The notes under the pieces were generated by a model. The model had not been told where the DNA came from and did no database searches. It saw only the letters and a list, made by a program, of their open reading frames with translations. Below are positions 19,348 to 28,623 of a stretch of DNA of 64,000 nucleotides, piece by piece. Origin of the DNA: an uncultured Rikenellaceae bacterium (GTDB taxonomy: Bacteria > Bacteroidota > Bacteroidia > Bacteroidales > VadinHA17); contig CAYUQR010000015.1 in the NCBI GenBank assembly GCA_964446825.1, forward strand, positions 125 to 64,124, in the 5' to 3' direction. Position numbers and translations under genes: made by a program. Each line of letters begins with the position of its first letter. Positions within the stretch are counted from its first letter, which is position 1.

Positions 19348-20234
19348 TGGGAATCTGGGACGATATAAAGAAGACCTTCAGACACGGGAATAGTCTTACC
19401 AGGCTGATATATATAAATATTGCTGTATTCATCCTGATAACCCTAGCAGCAGTTATAGGTTTTCTTCTTAATAATCCGGAAATATCAGAAAAAGTACTCC
19501 ATTATGTTTCAGTACCTTCATCTTTTAAAGTCTTGTTATTAAGACCCTGGACGATAATCACATATATGTTTGTACACCAGGGAATCTGGCATATTTTATT
19601 CAATATGTTATGGCTATACTGGTTTGGTTCTATTTTCCTGGAATATCTCGATCAGCGAAAACTTGTGGCTGTTTACCTTATGGGAGGGATAAGTGGCGCA
19701 CTTGTATACATTTTATCTTTTAATATTTTCCCGGTTTTTTCAGCTGTTGTCACTGATTCCGTTGCAATAGGCGCTTCTGCTTCGGTAATGGCAATAGTTA
19801 TTGCCATAGCAGCTTATGTGCCTGATTATACAGTACATTTGTTTTTATTCGGACGTATCAGGATCAAGTACATGGCTCTTGCAATTTTTATTCTTACATC
19901 AGTCATGGATTTTTCGATAAATTCAGGGGGGAAACTTGCTCATATAGGTGGAGCTCTGTTCGGATATCTTTATACACTTAACTTAAAACAGGGAAGGGAT
20001 ATCGGAAAGGGATTCAACAGGATAATTGATTCCCTTGTAACAATCTTCAAGCCAAGAAAGAAGCTCAAAGTCACTCATAAAAAGCCTGCAAATGAATATG
20101 AATATAACAAGCTCAAAGCTGAGCATCAGGCCCTGATAAATAATATTCTCGAGAAAATTTCAAAAGGAGGATACGACAGTCTCACAAAAGAAGAAAGGGA
20201 AACTCTCTTCAGGGAAAGCCAGAAGAAAAATTGA
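19347..20234 (+). CDS. Rhomboid-family protein (second paralog) with ~85-aa cytoplasmic tail
   Basis: 295-aa ORF with HILFNMLWLY, GASASVMAIV and AHIGGALFG. The stop/start abuts the first rhomboid (TAATG). Confidence 0.85.
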   Translation: MGIWDDIKKTFRHGNSLTRLIYINIAVFILITLAAVIGFLLNNPEISEKVLHYVSVPSSFKVLLLRPWTIITYMFVHQGIWHILFNMLWLYWFGSIFLEYLDQRKLVAVYLMGGISGALVYILSFNIFPVFSAVVTDSVAIGASASVMAIVIAIAAYVPDYTVHLFLFGRIRIKYMALAIFILTSVMDFSINSGGKLAHIGGALFGYLYTLNLKQGRDIGKGFNRIIDSLVTIFKPRKKLKVTHKKPANEYEYNKLKAEHQALINNILEKISKGGYDSLTKEERETLFRESQKKN

Positions 20235-20407
20235 TCACCTGATTGGCCTCATTAACACACTCTTTGCTGTTGCTTGTCAAAATTCATGATACCATGATAA
20301 TCGATCTCGTCAAATAGCAATAATTTAGTATTCAATAATGTTTCTGCCAGTTGTTTATGATTATAATCATTATCCATTGTATACGGAGCTAATTAATTTG
20401 TTTTTAA

Positions 20408-21505
20408 TTGAAAAAGCTTGTTTATAGAGTCCTTCTTGCAGTAAATGTGGTTTTCGCTTTTACGCTTCTGATTTCATATCTGGCGGTTCATATTAGCCCG
20501 GAAAAATTTGCACTGCCAGCCTTTTTTGGTCTTGCCTATCCCTATTTACTATTTACAAATCTTATCCTTGTTATTATCTGGGCAATGCTCTTACGATTTG
20601 AAGCCCTGATATCAATTGTTGTGATTGCTGCCGGTTTCAACCATTTTTTAAATTATATTCAGCTTGCCAAACCTGCCGGAGATAAAGCAAATACATTTAA
20701 AGTATTAAGTTATAATGTACATCTTTTTAACTATTTCGAGAATAAAAAAGGATTAAACTCTGAAAAGCAGGTCCTTGAATTTCTTAAAACCCGGAAGGCA
20801 GATATTATATGTCTTCAGGAATTTTTTATCGTCGGCGATCCTTCCGCCAATGAGGAAGAAATTAAAACATCGCTGGGAGGACAATACTACTCCCATATTA
20901 AAGTCCTTGGAAGCGGTAAAAACAAGTATTACGGGATCGCCACTTTTAGCAAATTCCCTATTATCAGGAAAGGGGAAATTGTTCTTAACGGCTCTTCCAG
21001 TCTTTCAATCTATACTGACGTGTTAATTGATAAAGATACTTTCAGGATATTTAACAGCCATCTTCAGTCATTCAGGCTCAAGAGGATGGAGAGATCGTTA
21101 ATTGAGGAGATAAAGGCTTCAAACGATAAAGAGACGCTAGGAGAAGTAAGGAGTCTATCAGCAAGTCTAAAGAATGGTTTTGTCCGAAGAGCCATTCAGT
21201 CACGGATATTGAAGGAAAATATTAACCACTCTCCCTACCCTGTTATTGTTTTGGGCGACTTCAACGACACACCGGTATCTTACTCCTACAGAAAGATACG
21301 AAAAGGCCTGAATGATTCATTCGTCAATTCAGGATATGGTGCAGGGTTTACCTACAGGGGTAATTATCCGCCAAACAGAATAGATTATATATTATATGAT
21401 AATGTCCTTGTATGCAGCTATTTTGAAATAATAAAAGTAAAATATTCCGATCATTATCCCATAGAAGGATATTTCAGGAAGAAAATCAAAAAGGCAAATT
21501 CCTGA
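20408..21505 (+). CDS. Membrane-anchored endonuclease/exonuclease/phosphatase (EEP) family protein
   Basis: 365-aa ORF (TTG start per track) with three N-terminal TMs followed by an EEP fold (VLSYNVH, ICLQEF, GDFNDTP, SDHYPI). Confidence 0.8.
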   Translation: MKKLVYRVLLAVNVVFAFTLLISYLAVHISPEKFALPAFFGLAYPYLLFTNLILVIIWAMLLRFEALISIVVIAAGFNHFLNYIQLAKPAGDKANTFKVLSYNVHLFNYFENKKGLNSEKQVLEFLKTRKADIICLQEFFIVGDPSANEEEIKTSLGGQYYSHIKVLGSGKNKYYGIATFSKFPIIRKGEIVLNGSSSLSIYTDVLIDKDTFRIFNSHLQSFRLKRMERSLIEEIKASNDKETLGEVRSLSASLKNGFVRRAIQSRILKENINHSPYPVIVLGDFNDTPVSYSYRKIRKGLNDSFVNSGYGAGFTYRGNYPPNRIDYILYDNVLVCSYFEIIKVKYSDHYPIEGYFRKKIKKANS

Positions 21506-22430
21506 AATCAACATTCCCTCCGGAAATAATCAGTCCGATTTTTTTATCCCTGAAGTCATCAGGGTTTTCTTTAATAATTGCCAGTACTGTGGCAGAAGAT
21601 GGTTCGATAATAATTTTCATCCTTTCCCATACCATTATCATACATTCAATAATTGATTTTTCCTTCGCTGTATATATTCTATCAACATTCTTCCTGATTA
21701 TTGAAAAAGTGAGATCGCTTAATGATGTAAGCAACCCGTCAGCCACAGTTGACGGATTGACAGAAGGGGTAAGAATCCCTGTATTGAAAGAGACATATGC
21801 ATCATTTGCATTTAACGGTTCAGCTCCTATAACCTGTATTTTATCATTTATCCCCTTTACACATATTGATGTACCACTCATCAACCCGCCACCGCCTACC
21901 GGAGCAATAATAACTTCAAGATCATGATTTTCCTCAAGAAGTTCAAAAGCTGCGGTACCCTGTCCGCATATAACATTATAATTGTCATATGGATGCACAA
22001 GTGTTGCACCTGTAGCCTCCATTATTGTTCTTGTTGCCTCTTCACGTGCCTGAAGAGTGGGTTTGCAGAATGTTATATCTGCTCCATACCCTTCAACAGC
22101 GTTTTTCTTTACTACAGGAGCATTTTCCGGCATCACAATACGTGCTTTAACTCCATTCATCATTGCAGCAAGCGCGAGAGCAGCTGCATGATTCCCCGAT
22201 GAATGCGTAACAACTCCCCCTGCCTTTTCTTCAGAAGATAATAACATCACTGCATTGGTTGCGCCTCTGAATTTAAATGCGCCTACTTTCTGAAAGTTCT
22301 CACATTTAAAATAAAGCTCGCACCTAAAATGCTTGTTCAAAAGTTTTGAACTCAGAACAGGAGTGCGGTGTATTAATGGCTTTATTCTTTCATGAGCCGA
22401 GCTTATATCTGAAAGTGAAGGAAGTTTCAT
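21486..22430 (-). CDS. PLP-dependent threonine/serine dehydratase (serine racemase / threo-3-hydroxyaspartate ammonia-lyase-like)
   Basis: PLP-lysine motif FKFRGA, plus SSGNHAAALA and GGGGLMSG. I place the start at MKLPSLSDISSAHERIKP (ATG 22430); the track N-terminal extension to 22538 reads through a palindromic repeat. Confidence 0.88.
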   Translation of the reverse strand: MKLPSLSDISSAHERIKPLIHRTPVLSSKLLNKHFRCELYFKCENFQKVGAFKFRGATNAVMLLSSEEKAGGVVTHSSGNHAAALALAAMMNGVKARIVMPENAPVVKKNAVEGYGADITFCKPTLQAREEATRTIMEATGATLVHPYDNYNVICGQGTAAFELLEENHDLEVIIAPVGGGGLMSGTSICVKGINDKIQVIGAEPLNANDAYVSFNTGILTPSVNPSTVADGLLTSLSDLTFSIIRKNVDRIYTAKEKSIIECMIMVWERMKIIIEPSSATVLAIIKENPDDFRDKKIGLIISGGNVDFRNLPF

Positions 22431-22466
22431 TTTATCTGTTTTTTCAAATTTAATAAATAACGGAAT

Positions 22467-22629
22467 AAAAAGAGGGTGTTTCAAAAGTCGAAATCCATTA
22501 ACCGCAAAGGTCGCAAAACATTTACGCGAAAGTTGCAAAGATCTTAATATAAATATTTTACCTTTGCGTACTTTGCGCCTGCTTAGAGTTCTTTGCGGTT
22601 AAAAATGACTTTTGAAACACCCTCTTTTT
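22467..22629. repeat. 163-bp palindromic intergenic element (23-bp perfect terminal inverted repeats; CGCAAAG/CTTTGCG heptamer arms)
   Basis: AAAAAGAGGGTGTTTCAAAAGTC at 22467..22489 is the exact reverse complement of 22607..22629. The inner arms carry TTAACCGCAAAG / CTTTGCGGTTAA and further CTTTGCG copies. Confidence 0.85.
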
Positions 22630-22650
22630 ATAAGATTTATTTCCTGATTT

Positions 22651-24945
22651 CTAGAAAATGCTGTATGCAACTGTTATGCCTGCGAGAACAACAGATACCA
22701 TCGACATCAGCTTAATAAGTATATTCAGAGCTGGACCTGATGTATCTTTGAATGGATCACCAACGGTATCGCCAACAACACTGGCCTTATGGCAGTCGCT
22801 TTTCTTTCCGCCATAATTGCCCCTTTCAATATATTTTTTGGCATTGTCCCATGCACCTCCTGAGTTATTAAGCATGCTGGCAAGAGTAAAGCCTGTTGTC
22901 ATGCCTCCTGCAAGAAGACCAACTATGCCGGGTACACCGAATAACAATCCGACAATGAAAGGAACCGCGATAGCCATTAGTGATGGAACCATCATTTCTT
23001 TTTGTGCTCCAGCAGTAGAGATCTCAACACATTTAGCATATTCCGGTTTACCCGTACCATCCATTATACCTGGTATATCGCGGAACTGACGTCTTACTTC
23101 GTCAACCATTTTACCTGCTGCCCTGCCGACAGCCTTCATGCTCATGGCACTGAAAACAAATGCCATCATGGCACCAATAAAAATACCCCCTAAAAGTATT
23201 GGGTTGAATAGTGAAAGATCATAGGCAGATACAAAATCCCTTATTGTTGCCGAAGACAGGTTAACAGCCGTCTGTCCATTATGCACGGCAGGAATTGTAT
23301 TATGATAGAACAGGATATCTCCAATCTGTTTAAAACCGTCTGGTGCTTTGTCAGCCAGTCTTCCCAGCCACAGTTTAACCTCTTCCATATAAGCAGCCAT
23401 AAGAGCCAGAGCTGTGAGGGCAGCTGAACCAATAGCAAATCCCTTTCCTGTAGCTGCTGTAGTATTCCCGAGACCGTCAAGAGCATCGGTTCTTTCTCTT
23501 ACTTCTGCAGGCAGTTCAGCCATTTCAGCATTACCGCCGGCATTATCTGCAATCGGCCCGAAAGCATCAGTTGCCAGAGTTATTCCAAGAGTAGAAAGCA
23601 TACCTACAGCGGCAAAGCCTATCCCATAAACACCCTCTGCAAAGTCGCGGAATCCACCTGCAAAACCGAATGCAGCAATAATACCTGCAACAATGGTAAT
23701 AACCGGTACCCATGTTGAAAACATACCGACTGCCATACCTTCAATAATTACGGTAGCAGGTCCCTGCTGGGATTGTCTGGCAATTCCCTGTGTTGGTTTA
23801 TACCCGTCAGAAGTAAAATATTCTGTCGATTGACCAATGATCACACCAGCCATTAATCCTGAAACCACCGAACCAAATACACCCCATGTTATCCAGCCAC
23901 TAAAAGCCATAACAGCAAGAGCAACAAGGATAAATGCCGAGCTACCGCCTGTGCCCAGTAACAAAGCATTTAACAGGTTTTTCGGAGTGGCTGATTCCTT
24001 AGCCCTTACAAGGTATACGCCGGCAATGGACAATAATATACCGATTGCCGAAACGATCATAGGAGCAATTACTGCTTTCATCTGGAGGTCAACAGCGCCT
24101 GCAACAGCAGGCAATGCAGCTCCCAGAGCGGCAGTTGCAAGTATTGATCCCGCATATGATTCATAGAGGTCAGCTCCCATACCGGCAACATCACCTACAT
24201 TATCGCCAACATTATCAGCAATTGTAGCCGGGTTACGAGGATCATCCTCAGGTATGCCTGCCTCAACCTTGCCAACAAGGTCAGCGCCAACATCGGCAGC
24301 TTTTGTGAAAATGCCTCCGCCAACACGGGCAAAGAGAGCCTGGGTTGATGCACCCATTCCGAAAGTAAGCATTACTGCAGTTATTTCAATTAGTTTCTGC
24401 TGATCAGTAGTACCCGGATGAACAAATGTAAGGCCAAGAAACTTAAGCCCCGTATCCATATGTTCAGGAGTAAAAATAACCGTATTAAGAAGAAGAAACC
24501 AGAGAGCTATATCAAGAAGTCCGAATCCGACAACAACCAAACCCATGACAGCACCGCTTCTTAAAGCTACCTGTAATCCTTTATTAAGCGATTTTGAAGC
24601 TGCCCATGCTGTTCTGTTTGAAGCAAATGTTGCTGTCTTCATTCCCAGAAAACCACAAAGGCCTGAAAAGAACCCCCCGGTGAGAAAAGCAACTGGGACA
24701 AAAGGGTTCTGAACACCCATGTATGCCAGTATACCTAAAAGCACAACAAGAATTAAAAATACTTTTGTTACAACAGTATACTGACGTCTCAGGTAAGCCA
24801 TGGCTCCTTCCCTGACATACTCAGCTATCTCTTTCATCCGGTCTGTTCCTTCCTCCTGAGCTTTCATGCTTGAGTAAAAGATCCAGGCAAATAACAGAGC
24901 GAGAAGCGCTGAAACCGGCACAATCCAAAAAATACTACTAATCAT
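22651..24945 (-). CDS. hppA: Membrane-bound ion-translocating pyrophosphatase (K+-dependent subfamily signature)
   Basis: 764-aa polytopic ORF with GDNVGDVAGMGADL, DNAGGNAEM, GNTTAATGKGFAIGSA and GDTVGDPFKDTSGPALN. Confidence 0.96.
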   Translation of the reverse strand: MISSIFWIVPVSALLALLFAWIFYSSMKAQEEGTDRMKEIAEYVREGAMAYLRRQYTVVTKVFLILVVLLGILAYMGVQNPFVPVAFLTGGFFSGLCGFLGMKTATFASNRTAWAASKSLNKGLQVALRSGAVMGLVVVGFGLLDIALWFLLLNTVIFTPEHMDTGLKFLGLTFVHPGTTDQQKLIEITAVMLTFGMGASTQALFARVGGGIFTKAADVGADLVGKVEAGIPEDDPRNPATIADNVGDNVGDVAGMGADLYESYAGSILATAALGAALPAVAGAVDLQMKAVIAPMIVSAIGILLSIAGVYLVRAKESATPKNLLNALLLGTGGSSAFILVALAVMAFSGWITWGVFGSVVSGLMAGVIIGQSTEYFTSDGYKPTQGIARQSQQGPATVIIEGMAVGMFSTWVPVITIVAGIIAAFGFAGGFRDFAEGVYGIGFAAVGMLSTLGITLATDAFGPIADNAGGNAEMAELPAEVRERTDALDGLGNTTAATGKGFAIGSAALTALALMAAYMEEVKLWLGRLADKAPDGFKQIGDILFYHNTIPAVHNGQTAVNLSSATIRDFVSAYDLSLFNPILLGGIFIGAMMAFVFSAMSMKAVGRAAGKMVDEVRRQFRDIPGIMDGTGKPEYAKCVEISTAGAQKEMMVPSLMAIAVPFIVGLLFGVPGIVGLLAGGMTTGFTLASMLNNSGGAWDNAKKYIERGNYGGKKSDCHKASVVGDTVGDPFKDTSGPALNILIKLMSMVSVVLAGITVAYSIF

Positions 24946-25003
24946 GTTATCTGTTTTTAAATTAAAAAATTAAGGTTTAGAAATGAACAAAAATTCACCG
25001 GTA

Positions 25004-25011
25004 CAAAACTA
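25004..25011 (-). promoter_or_regulatory. Candidate -7 promoter box (TAGTTTTG) for hppA
   Basis: Reverse complement of caaaacta matches TAnnTTTG, 59 nt upstream of the hppA ATG (24945). Confidence 0.25.
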
Positions 25012-25078
25012 TACGAGTTTTTCAATAATTCAAATGAAAAAAAAATAATATTAAAATAAACTGTGTTAAATAAGATGA

Positions 25079-25226
25079 GGCTGTTGAAAAAGTGAGTTTT
25101 TTGACTTAATCCCTTAGTGTTCCTTAGTGATGTACTTTGTGATTCTTTGTGGTTCAATGATTTAGGTTTTAACACTAAGGTCACAAAGGTTAGCACAAAG
25201 TCGCACAAAGAACATTTTCAGCAGCC
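25079..25226. repeat. ~148-bp palindromic intergenic element (CTTAGTG/CTTTGTG vs CACTAAG/CACAAAG arms), related to 22467..22629
   Basis: Outer arms are GGCTGTTGAAAA (25079..) and TTTTCAGCAGCC (25215..25226). The left half has CTTAGTG x2 and CTTTGTG x2; the right half has CACTAAG x1 and CACAAAG x3. Confidence 0.75.
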
Positions 25227-25267
25227 CCATCCGGTTTATTATTTACCTGTCAGTCTATTGTTACGGG

Positions 25268-26032
25268 CTAGATGCCCCTGAAAAAATTGTAATTAATTTT
25301 TTCCAGTTCTGACATTTTGGGATAGGGATAAAAAAGGAAGTTGTCTTTTGCACCTATATAAAATCCGGTTTCAATGGTCCGGTAAAGAAGTTCCCCGGAG
25401 AAAATACGATGAACTGTTTTCATTTGTTTCTCATATTCTCCCCTTATTATTTCAAGGCAATCTCTCATATGTCCTATATTTGAGTATGGGAGATGTTCCG
25501 CGGAACCTTCCAGTGGATTTGTAGCCAGTTCACCGAGCTTCAATTCAACAAAAAAGAGTTTTGGCAGAACAATCGGAATGGACCCGTCAGTAAGTCGTTT
25601 AAGAAATGCTGAAGGAGCCAGGCTGCTTGCCACGAGAGGAGTTACCGGACTTAATTCCTGGTAAAGATGCAGATCGTTTAAAGGTTCTTTTGTTTTGTCG
25701 TAAGCTGCTTGTTTTAATTCGAGTGCAAGACCATGATCGGTTGTCAGATAAAGACTTTTAAGAGCATCCAGAGGTATCATTTCCAATACTTTGTATACCG
25801 AAAGATAAACGGAGCTTTTGGGGCTTCCGTCTGGCTTTGCCACGCAGCGCTTATTTAAACTCTCCGTATCAATAAGCTTTTCAATCTTTCCCAGATCAAC
25901 TTCAAAGAAAATTGTCTGGGCTTTATTACGCTTCTTGGTCCCTGTTGACAGGTAGAGACCAAAACCTTCAGGAGGAAGCATAGAAGCCACCAGGGCTTCA
26001 GGATTGCAGGTCAAATAAATGTACTTACTCAT
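25268..26032 (-). CDS. Hypothetical protein (no motif recognised)
   Basis: Long uninterrupted ORF. The likely start MSKYIYLTCNPEALVAS is at ATG 26032 (track start 26074). No TM or signal peptide. Codon usage looks like its neighbours. Confidence 0.65.
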   Translation of the reverse strand: MSKYIYLTCNPEALVASMLPPEGFGLYLSTGTKKRNKAQTIFFEVDLGKIEKLIDTESLNKRCVAKPDGSPKSSVYLSVYKVLEMIPLDALKSLYLTTDHGLALELKQAAYDKTKEPLNDLHLYQELSPVTPLVASSLAPSAFLKRLTDGSIPIVLPKLFFVELKLGELATNPLEGSAEHLPYSNIGHMRDCLEIIRGEYEKQMKTVHRIFSGELLYRTIETGFYIGAKDNFLFYPYPKMSELEKINYNFFRGI

Positions 26033-26172
26033 GAATTTATGTATTTGATTGTACAATAATATACCCGGCAACAATTATTTCAAAGATCAAATAATTGAAT
26101 CTATATCAAATTTAAGCTACTTTTTACAATTTACACAATGAAAGAATGCTATTTATTCAACAGATCAGTGTC

Positions 26173-27048
26173 CTAAAAGGGTTTATTCAGATCTTCCAGC
26201 ATTTCATCACTCAGTATTCCCCGCGCAATTTCGCGTACTTCGCCTGTCATGTGAATATTCCAGTCCTTATCGATTTGTATTTTCAATGTTCCTCCCTGCA
26301 TATGCATAGTAAGATCGCCTTTGATCAGACCTCTTTTTACAAGAATGCATGATGCTGCACAGGATGAACTTCCGGATGCCAGAGTATAACCAGCTCCCCG
26401 TTCCCAGATCAGAATCTGTGCATCGCGATCGGAAAGGACCCTGGCAAATTGCACATTGATACGGTTGGGAAACAATGGATGATTTTCCAGTAAAGGACCA
26501 TAGGTGCGGATTTCGTTCTCATCCAGCTCCTGTTTGATGACAACACAATGCGGGTTGCCTACCGATACACAATTCACTTCGAATTCCTTATCGCCTGCCA
26601 TTATTTTTTGCCCGAGGAATTCCTGTTGATCTGAATTAACCGGTATATCGCGCGATGCAAAGATTGCCTTTCCCATATCCACACGGATAAGCAGTGCTTT
26701 TCCTTTTTCTTCTTCAACAATTTCGGCATAAACAATATCGGTCAAAGTTTCCACAGAAAATTGCCGGGTCTTTGCATGGCCATAATCATAGAGATACTTG
26801 CATAAAATACGAAGCCCGTTCCCGCTTTTTTCCGCTTCCGAACCATCGGGATTATAAACCCTGAAACCAAAATCTGCTCTTGTCGACGGAACCATCAAAA
26901 CAATGCCATCGGAACCGATCCCCAAATGGATGTTGCATAAACGCATTATAGTCTGCCTAGTGAGCTGGAAATCAATAAGATTACTATTCAGGACAATATA
27001 TTCATTGCCCAGTCCATGCATCTTTACAAAACTGTTTCTTTCCATCAT
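26173..27048 (-). CDS. dapF: Diaminopimelate epimerase
   Basis: 291-aa ORF with MHGLGNEYIVL, GNPHCV and ERGAGYTLASGSSSCAA (the two catalytic Cys regions). Confidence 0.95.
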   Translation of the reverse strand: MMERNSFVKMHGLGNEYIVLNSNLIDFQLTRQTIMRLCNIHLGIGSDGIVLMVPSTRADFGFRVYNPDGSEAEKSGNGLRILCKYLYDYGHAKTRQFSVETLTDIVYAEIVEEEKGKALLIRVDMGKAIFASRDIPVNSDQQEFLGQKIMAGDKEFEVNCVSVGNPHCVVIKQELDENEIRTYGPLLENHPLFPNRINVQFARVLSDRDAQILIWERGAGYTLASGSSSCAASCILVKRGLIKGDLTMHMQGGTLKIQIDKDWNIHMTGEVREIARGILSDEMLEDLNKPF

Positions 27049-27222
27049 TAACGATATTGGCTATTTGCTAAAGTATAAATTTCTTCAGGGTAATATCGGG
27101 TCAGCATAATCGGGTCGTTTATTGCCAAAAAACTTCTTTTCACTGCTTACATTGGAATAAATATAATTCATTCTTTCAGGATGAAAACTAACTTTAATAT
27201 ATTTGCGGCAAAATTATATAAA

Positions 27223-28455
27223 ATGGCGCAGATTAACGATAATTATTTTAAACTTCAGGCTGGTTATCTTTTCCCTGAAATTGGACGTCGGGTTCGAGAA
27301 TTTCAGAAAGAACATCCGGAGGCTGACATTATCAAAATGGGTATTGGAGATGTAACGCAGCCACTTGCACCATCTGTCGTACGTGCTTTCCATGAAGGCG
27401 TTGAAGAAATGTCGAAAGTTGAAACATTTAAAGGGTATGGGCCCGAACAAGGTTATGATTTCCTGCGCGAAGCTATTGCAAAAAATGACTACCACGATCG
27501 TGGAGCTGATATTCGTGCCGACGAGATTTTCGTTTCGGATGGTTCAAAATGTGATACGGGCAATATTCTGGATATCTTTGGACTTAATAATGTTATTGCC
27601 ATGCAGGACCCTGTTTATCCTGTATATATCGACACCAGCGTAATGGCAGGAAGGACCGGGGAATACCTGGGAAATGGCTACTACGACAAGCTGGAATACC
27701 TGCCATGTAATGCTGAAAATGGCTTTATCCCGGAAATTCCGAAAAAGAAAGTGGATATAATCTTCCTCTGCTATCCTAACAATCCAACAGGAACAACTGC
27801 GGGCAAACCGGAGTTAAAAAGATGGGTCGATTATGCAATTAAGAACAGGGCCATCATACTTTATGATTCAGCATATGAGGCTTATATTTCTGACCCCGAA
27901 ATTCCGCACTCCATATATGAGATTGAAGGAGCAAGAGAAGTAGCTATCGAATTCCGCAGTTTTTCAAAAACGGCAGGATTCACGGGCACACGCTGTGCTT
28001 ATACGGTCATCCCAAAAAATCTTGTTGCCTCATCCGCGGATGGTACATTGAAACCCCTGCACCCCCTATGGTTCAGACGACATACCACAAAATTCAATGG
28101 TGTATCCTACCCTGTTCAGAAAGCCGCTGCAGCCATCTTTACCCCTGAAGGGAAAAAAGAAGTGAGGGCTACAATTAATTACTATATGAACAATGCTAAA
28201 ATCCTGCGTGAGAGTCTTGCCCTTATAGGATTTCAGGTCTTTGGTGGTATCAATGCGCCTTATGTATGGGTAAAATCGGGCAGGCAAATTAAATCGTGGG
28301 ACCTTTTTGACAAGCTTCTGCATGAAGCCTGGGTTGTCGGTACTCCGGGATCAGGATTTGGACCATCCGGAGAAGGGTATTTCAGGTTTTCTTCTTTCGC
28401 CACACATGAAAACGTGCTGAAAGCTATTGAACGACTGGGAAATCTGTCACTATGA
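27223..28455 (+). CDS. dapL: LL-diaminopimelate aminotransferase
   Basis: Start at [20 protein letters not shown] (ATG 27223; track start 27181). PLP-Lys motif [15 protein letters not shown]. Divergent from dapF. Confidence 0.92.
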   Translation: MAQINDNYFKLQAGYLFPEIGRRVREFQKEHPEADIIKMGIGDVTQPLAPSVVRAFHEGVEEMSKVETFKGYGPEQGYDFLREAIAKNDYHDRGADIRADEIFVSDGSKCDTGNILDIFGLNNVIAMQDPVYPVYIDTSVMAGRTGEYLGNGYYDKLEYLPCNAENGFIPEIPKKKVDIIFLCYPNNPTGTTAGKPELKRWVDYAIKNRAIILYDSAYEAYISDPEIPHSIYEIEGAREVAIEFRSFSKTAGFTGTRCAYTVIPKNLVASSADGTLKPLHPLWFRRHTTKFNGVSYPVQKAAAAIFTPEGKKEVRATINYYMNNAKILRESLALIGFQVFGGINAPYVWVKSGRQIKSWDLFDKLLHEAWVVGTPGSGFGPSGEGYFRFSSFATHENVLKAIERLGNLSL

Positions 28456-28589
28456 TTTCCCGATAGGTCATTTTATCACGGCATGATATTTGATAATATA
28501 TAAAGATAAGTAACACTTAAGAAAGACTACTGTAACCCATAGATTTAAAAATACATTGTACAAAGAATTGCCAGTTGTCTATTTTATCG

Positions 28590-28597
28590 TAAATTTG
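28590..28597 (+). promoter_or_regulatory. Candidate -7 promoter box (TAAATTTG) for the GT2 gene
   Basis: Matches TAnnTTTG 27 nt upstream of ATG 28624, with a TTG about 19-20 bp further upstream (28568..28570). Confidence 0.3.
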
Positions 28598-28623
28598 AAT
28601 GCAATCCTAATTAATGCTATTGT

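Noticed and set aside
20252-20377. 41-codon - strand small ORF (MDNDYNHKQLAETLLNTKLLLFDEIDYHGIMNFDKQQQRVC) in the rhomboid/EEP intergenic region
   Set aside because: No recognisable motif, promoter box or conservation evidence is available from sequence alone. It is worth a tBLASTN check but is not reportable as a gene.
15538-21505. Two EEP-family paralogs bracketing mutL and two rhomboid genes, considered as a possible island or cassette
   Set aside because: The EEP genes are divergent in sequence and architecture, and there are no repeats or integrase at the borders. From memory, mutL followed by rhomboid genes is an ordinary conserved Bacteroidota arrangement.
22431-22538. 36-codon N-terminal extension of the dehydratase ORF
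   Set aside because: The extension is encoded by the left arm of the 163-bp palindromic element. Homolog-like sequence begins at MKLPSLSDISSAHERIKP (ATG 22430).
24957-25208. 83-aa ORF (MCDFVLTFVTLVLKPKSLNHKESQ...) upstream of hppA
   Set aside because: It is a read-through of the CTTAGTG/CTTTGTG palindromic repeat, with low-complexity translation and no start context. Treated as spurious.
27049-27222. Riboswitch candidates: lysine upstream of dapL/dapF, FMN upstream of ribD (49161..49186), cobalamin near the MCM genes (61791..61881)
   Set aside because: The intergenic regions are too short (26 and 91 bp) or lack the conserved cores I can recall for these riboswitch classes. No extended conserved helices are visible.
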